DNA of 64,000 nucleotides, taken from Octopus vulgaris. Lineage: Eukaryota. The position numbers were made by a program, and so were the translations under genes. The stretch covers positions 29,760,001-29,824,000 of the forward strand of contig OX597838.1 in the NCBI GenBank assembly GCA_951406725.2. Direction: 5' to 3'. Under the pieces are notes generated by a model, which was not told the DNA's origin, did not search any database, and worked only from the letters and a program-made list of their open reading frames with translations. Positions 13,183-25,925 of this stretch are shown in pieces (within the stretch, counting starts at the first letter, position 1; each line of letters starts with the position of its first letter).

Positions 13183-15154
13183 TGAGGAGGAGGAAAGGTC
13201 ATGGTTGGCTGGGTCTCTGGCTAGCTGGCTGTGACGTATGCTTTTGATCATAAGTATCTGCTTAATAAACCATTGACCTGAATCAAAACAACAACAACAA
13301 CAGCTAAAAGTACTGACATTGAATGTTGCTTGCTTTATCCAATGTCTTTTGCTTGCTCCAGTCATGAGACTTACGGCCATGCTGGAGCACCGCCTTCAAA
13401 GGTTCAATTGGAAACAAATCGACCCCCGAAGTTTATGCATTTTCACAGCCTCGTAATTATTCTACTAGTCTCTTTTGCCAAACTGCTAAGTTAAGGACAT
13501 AAACAAACCATCACCAGTTAAGCAGTACGCAGAGGACAACGTCCTACACATGCACACATGGTAGGCTTCTACATAGTTTCCGTCTATGAGATTCACTTAC
13601 AGGACATTGGTTGGTCCAAGGTACCACACAGTGGGACTGAACCAGAAACCTGTGGCTGTAAAGCAAGCATCCTAACTGCACAGTCATTGCTAGAAATAAC
13701 CACCTAAGTCCCTCAAATTGTAACCTACCTCCTTGAAAAAGGGAAGGACATGTCAGTCAATGTATTGCTAGATATACAAAAAGACAGGTTGGTCCTGGTT
13801 GGAATGTCTTTGATCATGGGTCTACAGAATCAGGATACCGCTGACCTAGGGCTAAACAGCAACAGAAGCCAATGACTTGCACTAACAGTATCCTCATCAT
13901 TGACAACTACCAGCATGAAATATGACCACCACCACCAACAAACACCACTGCCAACAACAACTACCACCTCCAACATCACCACAATCATCACCAACACCAT
14001 CATCCAATAAACATCCCACCACTTCCAAACATGACCATCACCAAAGACCTAAACTACAACCACACTTAACACCACCACCATCACCACCAACAACAATAAT
14101 GCCATCATCAACACCACCACCCTAACCAGCAAGGTAACATGGAGCTGACAAGGGGAACAGATACATGGTTGTTCAACCTGCTAGAAACAGCAGCTAAAAT
14201 CCTTCCAAATTACACACACAGAAGTACTATCATGAAAAAAAAAAAAGGAAAAAAAGTGCAAAGACACATTGCTTATAATGATTTAGTGATTAGTCCTTTG
14301 TCCTTCACACTTCGAACTCCCAAACCCCCGAACACCTTAAAAAAAAAAAATTAATTAATTAAAAAAAAAAAAAGGGACAGGATAAGAATGTGTGTGCTTG
14401 CATTCTTCTGATTGTAAATAAGACCTGTTTGTTCAATACCTGACCTGGGGTTAAACAGTAACTGAACACCACTGTGCCCCCCCCCCCCCATCACCACCAC
14501 CACCATCTTTAGGTCCAGGTAGTTACTAACAGCCACCTCTTACAGAAGTTGCTTGCTTTTAACATCATGTCATCACTACTACTAAAAATATTGATTGAGA
14601 TTACTGTTTGCCGTCTCTGCCATTATTTTTATTATTAGTTTGTTTGCTTGTTAATTACATATTTTTTTTTTATATATATATATATATATATCTAGTTATT
14701 TATTTTTGTCCATATTTTTTTTCGTTTTTTTTTTCATGCACTCCATCCTCACCACCCCCTCTCTCTCTCTCAACCTTTCATTTGGACACCACTCTCTGCA
14801 TTGATGTATTAACCTATATTTAAAGGTGTATTAACCTACATCAGATTATACACACACACACATATATATACACACACCACACAAAAAAAAACCATATATA
14901 CACACACCACACAAAACTCATACATAAACATACGTTATACACACCACACAAAAAACCCATATATAAACATATGTACACACACACATATATATAAATATAC
15001 ATACATTCATACACATTCATAAACATGCATTCACACATACATAAGCCGTTTGTCTCCTCTCTAATTTCATTGGACACAGTTTATTAACCTACATCATAGA
15101 CAATATCTAGTATATAATAGAGAGCGAGTACACGCATATACACACACACACACA

Positions 15155-15698
15155 CACACACCCAGGTAGCATAACCTTAACTCATCTATAATCTTCAATC
15201 AGTGAGAGTGCACAACAGCAGAACAGGTAGTCAGTGCTATGACTATGTGAACTGAACAAACAATAAGAATGAGCCTCAAATATACCACAAAGAAAATATG
15301 GAGCGAGAAAGTCGACCAAGCTGAAACACAGACCCTATTACATGATGCTACACAGGTGCTTTTATGTGGCATTCCGAGTTCAAATCCAGACAAAGTTAAT
15401 TACATTTTTTTATTCATTGAATACACGTGTACACACACCCAGGTAGCATAACCTTAACTCATCTATAATCTTCAATCAGTGAGAGTGCACAACAGCAGAA
15501 CAGGTAGTCAGTGCTATGACTATGTGAACTGAACAAACAATAAGAATGAGCCTCAAATATACCACAAAGAAAATATGGGGCCGAGAAAGTCGACCAAGCT
15601 GAAACACAGACCTTTTTACATGACGCTACACAGGTGCTTTTATGTGGCATTCCGAGTTCAAATCCAGGCAAGGTTAATTACATTTTTTTATCCATTGA
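15155..15698 (+). repeat. 277-bp tandem duplication
   Basis: cccaggtagcataacc at 15161 and 15438; copies nearly identical. Confidence 0.95.
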
Positions 15699-16020
15699 AC
15701 GTTGATAAATAAAGAACCAGTTCAATATAAGGGATTGCTTCTTCTTCTTCCTCTCCGTTTCTTATTCTGTGTAGAAACCTGAAGAGCAATGGTTCCCACC
15801 AAGTTTAAAACGGCACCAAGGCATTGCCATTTTCTTTCCTTCCTTATTTGTCTCAGAATCATCATTAAACATGTCAGACCAAATGCTTTGTGGCATTTCT
15901 TCCAACTCTTTACAGTCTGAATTCAAATCCCACCACGGTTAACTTTGCCCTTCGTCTTTTTGGGGTTGATAAAATGAAGTACCAGTCAAGAACTGGGGTC
16001 CATGTAACCAACCTGGCCCT

Positions 16021-16431
16021 CTCTTTTACTCGATTCGGTCATTTGACTGTGACCAAACTGGAGCACCACTTTTTTTTAGTCGAGCAAATCGACCCCGGGA
16101 CTTATTCTTTGTAAGCCTTAGTACTTATTCTATCAGTCTCTTTTGCCGAACCTCTAAGTTATGGGCACGTAAACACACAAGCATCAGTTGTCAAGCAATG
16201 TTGGGGAGGGGACAAACACAGACACACAAACATATACACACATACACACACACACATATATATATAAACGACAGGCTTCTTTCAGTTTCCGTCTACCAAA
16301 TACACTCACAAGGCTTTGGTCGGCCCGAGGCTATAGTAAAAGACTCTTGCCCAAGGTGCCACGCAGTGGGACTGAACTCAGGACCATGTGGTTGGTAAGC
16401 AAACTACTTACCACACAGCCACTCCTACACC
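16021..16431 (-). mobile_element. SINE family A
   Basis: reverse complement of the family A consensus, full length. Confidence 0.85.
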
Positions 16432-16564
16432 TCTTCTCGGAAAAAAAATAAGCAAAGACAAAATATATCTATGAACAAGAAACTTAAAATCCAAGCTCCC
16501 ACTGGGATGTGGCACTCACCTCCAACTTATGATATGTGGGGAATTATATCATCCAAATAGTGAA

Positions 16565-16850
16565 GGAGCATGGCTCAGTGATTAGAGCATTGGGCTCACA
16601 ATCATGAGGTAGTGAGTTCGATTCATAGACCAGGCTCTGTGTTGTGTTCTTGAGCAAGACACTTTATTTCACGTTGCTCCAGTTCACTCAGCTGTAGAAA
16701 TGAGTTGCAACGTCACTGGTGCCATGCTATATCGGCCCCTTTTGCCTTTCCATTAGTGGCATGAAGAGGGACAACTCTGCCCAGACTTCTGCCTTGGAGG
16801 GGGAACTTTCTAAGTGCAATCCCATGGTCATCCATTACTGAAGGGGACCT
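16565..16850 (+). mobile_element. tRNA-derived CORE-like SINE (family F)
   Basis: tggctcagtgattagagc..ggctcacaatc..gagttcgattc, then ttcttgagcaagacacttta. Related copies at 30487-31100. Confidence 0.75.
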
Positions 16851-17011
16851 TCAGTAATGGATGACAAAAGAATATTTTGGCTGGTTGAATAAGCATAACT
16901 CTTCATGAAAGTGGTGCTCCTCCAGTATGACCACACTTCACCAACAGAAACTAGTAGAACAATCTAAACCAAAAAACAAAAAGGAAAAAAGAATTCTGAC
17001 ACTGTATTACT

Positions 17012-17408
17012 CTCTCTTTACTCTTTTACTCTTTTACTTGTTTCAGTCATTTGACTGCGGCCATGCTGGAGCACCACCTTTAGTCGAGCAAATCGACCCC
17101 GGGACTTATTCTTTGTAAGCCCAGTACTTATTCTATCGGTGTCTTTTTGCCGAACCGCTAAGTGACGGGGACGTAAACACACCAGCATCGGTTGTCAAGC
17201 AATGGTAGGGGGACAAACACAGACACACAAACATATACACACACATACATATATACGACAGGCTTCTTTCAGTTTCGGTCTACCAAATCTACTCACAAGG
17301 CATTGGTCGGCCCGAGGCTATAGCAGAAGACACTTGCCCAAGATGCCACGCAGTGGGACTGAACCTGGAACCGTGTGGTTGGTAAGCAAGCTACTTACCA
17401 CACAGCCA
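17012..17408 (-). mobile_element. SINE family A
   Basis: reverse complement of the consensus. Confidence 0.85.
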
Positions 17409-19039
17409 GACTTGCATTTGCCATGCCGTAATCAAAAAGGTGGAGAAAAAAAAACGAAAAAAAGATATCAATTAAGCAGTAATTAGGAAAGATCTGGGGA
17501 TAATTACAATTAACAGACTTAATTTACATGAAATTTGGCACCAACAGATGCAAGGAACACAGCATTTGGAGGGACATGACACTCTTCTTTAGAATAATAT
17601 TGATTTCTTTGACACAAGGCCATGGGTTTTGGTGGCGTTTTTTTGTTTCTAAGGAAAGTGTATCAAGTGCTATTGTTACTGCTATCACACACACACACAC
17701 ACACACAGAAACCGCATCCAAGAAACGGTCACTTTTGGCTGGTTCTCAAAGACTCACAAAACCAACCATGATGCTACAATCAGATACCGTTGTTGTTGCT
17801 CTGCTCTCACACTCCTCCTCCCCCCTGTCTCCCTCCTACCACCACTATATTACTATCATACCTTCTTCTCTTCCTCTCCAGCCTCGCACTTCGCTTCATC
17901 AACTCCCATCCAAGCCTACTTGATACAGATGCATAAACAGACATACATCCACATGTGCGTACACACGCATACACATACACACCTATACGAGATGGCAGGT
18001 CGCTATGCAGTCAACCAGCCTGCTAGAAACAGCAGTCAAGTCACTCTCACGTCATACCCTACTGTGTTTAGCAAAAAACAATAAAGGCTTTGAATAGCGG
18101 TATCCTCTGTACATTGTAAAAGAAAGGGATGGTCATGCCTGAAACTTATTTTATTCCCCACCCCACCCCCGAAAGGCTGAAAGGCAAATTCAGAATCACC
18201 AGAATTTGAAACCCCAAAAATTTTTAATTGAATAAGGAATGGCTGTATGGTTACAGAGGCTTGCTTGCTTTGCAGTCACATGGTTTTTGAGTTCAGTCCC
18301 ACTGCGCGGCAGGCACCTTGGGAAAGTTCCTTTAATTAGAGAGCCAAAGGTCAGTCAAAGCCCTTGTGTGAATTTGGTAGAAAGGAAATTGTGTGGAAAC
18401 CCCATCACTTGTGTGTGTGTGTTGGTCGTTCACCTCCACCTGACTGATTTTAAAAAGCACCCATGCTGGTGCCACACTAAACACAGCCAGTCCACACTGT
18501 AAAATGGTCGGCATTAAAGAAAATCCATCCAGCCATCATAGAAAGAAACCATGCCAAAACAAACAGAGACAAACTGGAGCCTGGGCAGCTCTCCGACTGG
18601 CCACCACCACCTTTCAAGCTGTCCAACCCATGCCAGGATGGAAAAAAGATGTTAACTAATGATGATGATAATGGTGGTGATGATGAGGATGAGGATGATG
18701 GTAATGGTGGTGATGATGATAATGGTGGTGATGATGAGGATGATGATGATGATGGTTGTGGTGGCGGCGGCAATGGTGGTGATGCTACAGAGTGAAAGGA
18801 AAATGGCAATGCTTGCAAAAACTTGATTCCAGGAATTTTGGTGATGTAATGAAAAAAATACTTACTGCCAGGCAAAAAAAGTTTTATGGTCTGGCACTAA
18901 TGAGTTTCAGCCAACCCAATTATCTTAATTATTTAAGAATAAATGAACTCACTGATGGGTATTGAACCATGTGCCTTTTTGCTTACTGGGCAAACAACAT
19001 GCAACCAGTTTCTGCCACATCAACTTGGTGAGAGAAGCA

Positions 19040-20110
19040 TAAGGAAGGAAAGAAAATAAAAGAAGGAAAGGAAAGAAAAGGAAGGAAGGAGAGGAAAGAA
19101 GGAAATCTGCCATATCAGCTTGGTGAGGGAGAAATGTAAGCAAAGAAAAAGAAAAGGAAAAGGAAGGAAAAGGAAGGAAAAGGAAGGAAAGCAAGGAAAG
19201 GAAAGAAAAAAGGAAGGAGGGGAAAGAAGGAAAGAAAAAGGGAAGGAGAGGAAAGAAGGATGGGGGGAGGAAGAATTTACAGAAAAGGGAAAGGAAAAGG
19301 AAGGAAAGAAGGGAAAAAAGAAGGAAAGAAGGGGAAAAAAAAGGATTAAAGAAAAAAGGAAAGGAGAAAGGAAAAAGGAAAGGAAAAGAAGGAAGGAAAA
19401 GCAAGGAAAGGAAAGAAAAAAGGAAAGAGGGGAAAGAAGGAAAGAAAAAGGGAAGGAGAGGAAAGAAGGATGGGGGGAGGAAGAATTTACAGAAAAGGGA
19501 AAGGAAAAGGAAGGAAAGAAGGGGAAAAAGAAGGATTAAAGAAAAAAGGAAAGGAGAAAGGAAAAAGGAAAGGAAAAGAAGGAAGGAAAAGCAAGGAAAG
19601 GAAAGAAAAAAGGAAAGAGGGGAAAGAAGGAAAGAAAAAGGGAAGGAGAGGAAAGAAGGATGGGGGGGAGGAAGAATTTACAGAAAAGGGAAAGGAAAAG
19701 GAAGGAAAGAAGGGAAAAGGAAAGAAAGAAGGGAAAAAAGAAGGAAAGAAGGGGAAAAAAAGGATTAAAGAAAAAAGGAAAGGAGAAAGGAAAAAGGAAA
19801 GGAAAAAAGGAAAGAAAAAAGGAAAGAGGGGAAAGAAGGAAAGAAAAAGGGAAGGAGAGGAAAGAAGGACAGGGGGGAGGAAGAATTTACAGAAAAGGGA
19901 AAGGAAAAGGAAGGAAAGAAGGGGAAAAAGAAGGATTAAAGAAAAAAGGAAAGGAGAAAGGAAAAAGGAAAGGAAAAGAAAGTAAAGAAGGAAAAGGGAA
20001 AGAAAGAAGGAAAAAGGGAAGAAAAAAGAAAAGACAAAAATAAGGAAAGAAAGAAAAAGAGCAATAAGGAGACCAAGAGGGGAGAAAACAAGAAATAAAA
20101 AAAAAAAGAG
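19040..20110. repeat. polypurine array with ~190-210 bp higher-order unit
   Basis: marker gaatttacag at 19273, 19483, 19674 and 19883. Confidence 0.9.
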
Positions 20111-20143
20111 CTGAAAATCAAGTCTTTTTTTACTAAGGCATCT

Positions 20144-20176
<33 letters not shown>

Positions 20177-20254
20177 CTGAGATGGGGATAGAGAGAAAGA
20201 ATTGGTAAGCAGACAAGAAGAGGTAAGGAGCTACAGATTACTACTACTACTACA

Positions 20255-20314
<60 letters not shown>

Positions 20315-20697
20315 ACTGGGTATAAAAAGCATCATGTTCCAATCTTTTCACCTGTAATTAGATTTTGTTTCTTTTTTATTCTTTCAAAAGGATCAACCAA
20401 ACAACAAACAAGCCAGCCAGAAAACCATCCCCTTCTTCCCACCCTACAAAACAACAAAACACACCCCTCCCTCCCTCCCCCTTCACCCACAAAAATCCTG
20501 ACTCAACCGAAGAAAGGGAACAACACACATTCAAGGATTTCGGATTCATACAGCAATGACAATACACACACACACAATTTATCCAGGGCTAGGAATTTAC
20601 ATAGCAGTCACTATATATATATATATATATATATACATACATACACACACACAAACTGGAACACACACTATATATACATATATTTATATATACACAT

Positions 20698-20789
<92 letters not shown>

Positions 20790-21048
20790 AATACACACAC
20801 ACACACTATATATGTGTGAGCATGCACGCGCGCACACACACACTATATATACATATGCACACACACACTATACACACAAACACACGAACAGGCACACACA
20901 CACACATGCATGAACAGGTATGCACACACTATAGCAGTGACTATATATATATATATATACACACACATACATACTACACTTACACACACATATTTATTAT
21001 TTAGGGCTGAGAATTCACATAGCAATGACTACACACACACACACACAC

Positions 21049-21082
<34 letters not shown>

Positions 21083-21085
<3 letters not shown>

Positions 21086-21299
21086 GGAGTTAAACACATA
21101 AATGTGAAACAAGGTGGAAAAAAGAGTACTCAAATACCAGTGGTAGAGTAATATGCTTTATTTTAAGCAGCAGAAAATTACTCTGAGTTTCTCGTTGCCG
21201 TTCATCAGACAGGTTTTTCTAGCAAAAACTGTCTGATGAATGGCAAGGAGAAACTCAGAGTAACAGATTTTGTTGAATTTTCTACTGCTTAAAATAAAG

Positions 21300-21300
<1 letters not shown>
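21083..21300. mobile_element. Penelope-like pLTR foldback with two oppositely oriented hammerhead motifs
   Basis: 21178-21212 is the reverse complement of 21229-21263. Flank homologous to 36330-36440 and 37388-37530. Embedded in (TA)n. Confidence 0.75.
21229..21266 (+). ncRNA. minimal type I hammerhead ribozyme motif
   Basis: ctgt-CTGATGA-atggcaagga-GAAA-ctc a gag-TA-acag: canonical core, stems I and III pair, GUA site; stem II weak. Confidence 0.65.
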
Positions 21301-21332
<32 letters not shown>

Positions 21333-21565
21333 TTTCTGTTACGTTTTTGGTCCCCTAAAGAAAACGGATAGAACATGCTTTCTGTGTTATGTCCCAAGAA
21401 GATTTTATATATTTTTATATATTTTTATATATTTTTATGCATTTTTATATAATTTTTATGACGAAAAATGCGAGCGATGTATAAGTACGCAGGCAAAGCA
21501 GAGTTATAACAGAGTAATTTCCCTTCATTTTTAACGGTATTTTTTCATAACGTTTTCAAATAGCC

Positions 21566-21628
21566 AGATAACCGAAGAGATGGTGTTGTGGATTTCCACT
21601 TCGGCATCTGAAACTCAGAGTTTTATCT
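21566..21628 (+). ncRNA. hammerhead-like motif with U4C core
   Basis: agataa-CCGAAGA-gatg...catc-t-GAAA-ctc a gag-TT-ttatct; perfect 6-bp stem I. Confidence 0.55.
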
Positions 21629-21724
21629 TGACTACCGAGTAATGTAACATATTGTATAGATAAATTTCCTCTATTTACATAATATTGAGGTCTCTTTCTT
21701 TCTTTTGTTATCTTACCGTTTTAT

Positions 21725-21777
<53 letters not shown>

Positions 21778-22704
21778 CTATTCTTTGAGAGGAACCGTGT
21801 AATCTAGAAACAGAGAGAGAAAAGGCTGCAGTCATCATCATTGCTTCTTGTCATCACCATGGCTAAGACCAGACTACATACATACATTTCATCATACCTG
21901 TCCAAAATCCTTCCTCCCTTCCTTTCTGGCTCCAGTTGTTTTCCTTGGCAAACTGACATATTTTATTTGTCAGCACTTTTTCCTCCAGATACAAAAAAAA
22001 CACCAACAACTTTATTCTACTTTTTATTTATTTATTTATTTATTTCAGTCCTCTAAGGTGGCTGACCTTCATCAATCACACACACACTTTTCCCTTTTGA
22101 ACAATGACTCATATCTACCTGCTCCCCCTTCTCTCTCTCCCTATTTCTATTCTCTTCTCCCACTATCTCCCCTTGCTCTCTCTATCTTACTCTCCCTCAC
22201 ACTTTCTTTGTCACTATCTTCCTCTCCCTCTCTATTTTTCTTCCCTTTCTCTCTCACTTTTGTTATATATATATTTCATTTTCCCTTTTTTTTTTGGTTT
22301 TTCAATTCAAATTCTTTCCAATTCTGACATCTCCCCCACCCCAATTCTCTCTCTCTACCCTAATTTCCCACACTCTCTCTCTCTCTCTCTTCCTGACTCC
22401 CTCCCTCCTATATTCCTCACCCATTCCCACCCCACCCCCGCTTCTATGATAGATGTGTCACTGTGATGGTGCTAAGCCACAGCCAACAATGGAAGATCTA
22501 AGAGTTCATGTGACCTGCTAGAAATAGCACCCAAATCCCTCTCAAATCACACCCTACTGGCTTCATAACGAAAGAAAGGACATACACTGCATGGTCTATA
22601 TACACAAAATCAGACAGGACAGACATGAAAGGAACGTCTTTGATCATGGCCTGCTCAATCAAGGCTGACCTGGGGTTAAACAACAATCTCTCAAATTTCT
22701 CATT

Positions 22705-23030
22705 ACATCCACGCCAGATTTAGCGCCTTCAGACTATCATCTCTTTGGCGCCACGAAACAGAGTTTGAGGGGCAAACATTATTCCGGTGATGAGGAAGTG
22801 AAAACTAGTGAAGAAGTGGCTCAAAGAACAGTCAACAGAATTTTACGGGGCAGGGATACATGCTCTCATTCGAAGGTGGAACATTGCTATTGAGAGAAAC
22901 AGTGACTATGTTGAGAAGTAGAGATGTGATCCACAGTGGACTAGCTTCATTTTGATGTATGATACATGTTCCTGTATCGGTAATTATACCTGTCCTAAAC
23001 AAAATGGCATTACTTTTTGACTCACCCTCA
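22705..23030 (+). mobile_element. mariner transposon 3' fragment (same family as 10557-11063)
   Basis: translates PDLAPSDYHLFG...RGKHYSGDEEVK, frameshift, then ...RNSDYVEK*; same terminal sequence. Confidence 0.9.
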
Positions 23031-23051
23031 TATATATATATATATATATAT

Positions 23052-23238
23052 AGTTAATCCAAACATGAAAGCACAAAAAAAACACAACAACGCAAGGACA
23101 TGGAACAAATATAGTATTATTGGACGCTCAGGAAAGAAGGAGGGTTTAACGTTTCGAGCGGAGCTCTTCGTCGGAAACATAGGAGAAGGAAAGATCCAGA
23201 GAAGGGAAGACAGAAGAAAAAAATCGTCAACGGTACAC
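23052..23238 (-). mobile_element. Penelope-like fragment with hammerhead-like motif at 23144-23178
   Basis: minus strand gttt-CCGACGA-a-gagc tcc gctc-GAAA-cg-TT-aaac. Confidence 0.6.
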
Positions 23239-23286
23239 ACATCATCATCATCATTTAGCGTCCGTTTTCCATGCTAGCATATATTT

Positions 23287-23652
23287 AAATAGTAATTTTT
23301 TATGTTATTAGATCAGTGACTGTCACTTTGAAAACTATACATTTCGAACAAGAATTGAGCAGCCTCACTTCTAGCCAAACAGTTATTCCGTGCTGATGAA
23401 GGAAAATAACACAGAAATCGCGATACACACATATTGTTTTGTGCTGAGTGGGGATGCTGAACTCTCTTTGTTCGAAAATATAAGGACACAGATGGTGTGT
23501 TGTATAGCCAGCTGGAGACGATGTTTCCTGGGGCTAAATAGCAGTAGCATTCGTCCTAACCAGGGCTGCCACATTATGTTGGCAAATAATCTTTATTCTA
23601 GAGTACTGTTACTGAATGTCTCTCGTTGAGAAGATTTACAAATAGTAATTTT
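23287..23652 (+). mobile_element. retrozyme-like structured element with type I hammerhead (23390-23428)
   Basis: gtg-CTGATGA-a..-GAAA-tcgcga-TA-cac. 13-bp direct repeat aaatagtaatttt at both ends. Several internal inverted repeats. Confidence 0.55.
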
Positions 23653-24204
23653 CTATTTTTATATATATGTGTGTGTGTGTGTGTATACGCACACACACAT
23701 TCTACAAGAGGCATAGCTGTGTGGTAAGAAGCTTGCTCCCAAACAAATGGTTCCAGGTTCAATCCCACTGCACAGCACCTTAGACAAGATTCAGGCTGGT
23801 GGATTTGGTAAAAGGAAACTGGAAGAATCCTGTCGTGTGTGTGTGTGAGTGTGTGGGTGTGTATGTGTGTCTGTGTATAGGAAGCCTCTATATGGCCATT
23901 CGAGGTGCTAAAAAGAGCAACTAAAACTCACCCAACAAACAAGCCTTAAAATTATAAAATAAGGAAGGACACATTCGACACTGCATTCCTGGATGTTGCT
24001 GTGGCTAAATAAAAGTCTGGGTAGAGAGATAGTCACGGTTGGAATGCACTTGATCTGATGGAAGTCGAGTAGGAGCAACAACAAAACGACCTAAAACGAC
24101 AACAGGTCGTTTTGTTTATATGTCTTTCAGTCAACACAAAATAAGTTATCAGTGAACAACAGAGAGAGAGAGGGAGGGAAGGGGGGCAGCCTTGTCCACT
24201 GTAC

Positions 24205-24330
24205 CTCCTCCTTCCACAAAAACGGTGACCTTGTGTCTGTGTCTGTCTCCTCCTCCCCCTCCTCCTACCATCACTAACTTTTGTGTTCTTCTCTCACCGA
24301 GTCCTTTATAGAAAAGTTCTGAAGCAAGTT
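24205..24330 (-). CDS. possible internal exon of an unidentified host gene (126 bp)
   Basis: ..ctgtttctacaacataaacAG|...GAG|GTacag. One open frame LASELFYKGLGERRTQKLVMVGGGGGGDRHRHKVTVFVEGG; no homology recognised. Confidence 0.25.
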
Positions 24331-24539
24331 CTGTTTATGTTGTAGAAACAGAGCAGAACTATATCTTTCTACTCTCTCTCTCTCTCTCATTACTTCTATA
24401 CTTTTTTTACTTCCTCTCTATTCTGTCCTTCACACAATCTACTCTCTCTTTCTCTCTCTCTCTCTCTCTAATTTACTTTTCTTACCACAGACACAAAACA
24501 CTACTCTTTCTCTCCCTGCTATTCTTACCACAAATTTTA

Positions 24540-24626
24540 CACACACACACACACACTTTCTTTCTCTCTCTCACACACACACACACACTTTCTTTCTCTC
24601 TCTCTCACACACATACACACACACTT

Positions 24627-24662
<36 letters not shown>

Positions 24663-24780
24663 TTTCTCTCTCTCACACACACATACACTTTCTCTCTCTC
24701 ACACACACTTTCTCTCTCTCTCACACACATACACACACACACTTTCTCTCTCTCTCTCACACACATACACACACACACTT

Positions 24781-24821
<41 letters not shown>

Positions 24822-24835
24822 CTCACACACACACA
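24540..24835. repeat. alternating (CA)n/(CT)n compound repeat
   Basis: direct reading. Confidence 0.9.
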
Positions 24836-25440
24836 AAACATTCTATTTATCTCTCTACCCACACCTCCTACTATAAACACAGACTACTTTCTCTCTCCCT
24901 CCCTCTCTCTATCTCTCATCATCCTTTCACATGCTTTCCTCTCCTCCCCCCACTCTACTCTGTCAAAATATCTCTACCCACCACTTCTCCTCCTCCTCCT
25001 CCGTCTTTCGCTCATTCTCCCCCACACACACACTTTATTCCCCTCGCTCACACAGTCTACTCTCTCCTCACCTCTGCTACTATAAACAACACTACACTTA
25101 ACGAAAACCTCTCCTAGACAAATACACATCCGGCTATCTCAACTAGATAAACAAAACCAAACTATAATATCCAAGATATTGTGTTCAGTTTCTTTTCTTG
25201 TCCTAAGCCTTGAAGATCAGGTTAATTCAAACAATCACCACCTCCTACTCCCCCACCCCACCTGAGTTCCTCTTACCACCCTCACTCCCCCCACTTACGC
25301 TCGTCTGCAGAAACAGGAATGGCCAACTGGATAAGGCATCGGATAACCAGTTCATCAGATCCACTGCAGGTGTTTTGCACTTTAGATCTACATGCATGCG
25401 CACACACAACACACATATATATAAATATACACATACAGGT

Positions 25441-25925
25441 ATTCCGTTGGTAACGACAAGGGTTCCAGTAGGTCCGATCGACGGAACAGCCAGCCTGCTC
25501 GTGAAATTTACGTGCAAGTGGTTGAGCGCTCCACAGACACACGAACCCTTAGCGTAGTTCTCCGAGAGACGCGGCATGACACAGAGTGTGACAAGGCTGG
25601 CCCCTTTAAAATACAGGTACAATTCATTTTTTGGTAACGACGAGGGTTCCAGTAGGTCCGATCGACGGAACAGCCTGCTCGTGAAATTTATGTGCAAGTG
25701 GCTGAGCACTCCACAGACACACGTACCGTTAGCGTAGTTCTCCGGGAGATGCGGCATGACACAGAGTGTGACAAGGCTGGTCCCTTTAAAATACAGGTAC
25801 AATTCATTTTTTGCCAGCTGGGTGGACTGGAGCAATGTCTGAGATAAAGTGTCTTCCTCAAGGACGCGACTCAATGCCAGGAATTGAACTCACGACCTTA
25901 CGGTCGTGAGCTGAATGCTCCTAAG
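25441..25925 (-). mobile_element. tRNA/CORE-like SINE with tandemly duplicated ~188-bp 3' region
   Basis: ttggtaacgac..gggttccagtaggtccgatcgacggaacagcc at 25447 and 25631; tail shared with 44470-44650 and 53940-54120. Confidence 0.8.

Noticed and set aside
19120-20043. Lys/Glu/Gly/Arg-rich ORFs
   Set aside because: A polypurine repeat has few stops by composition; there are no splice or homology cues.
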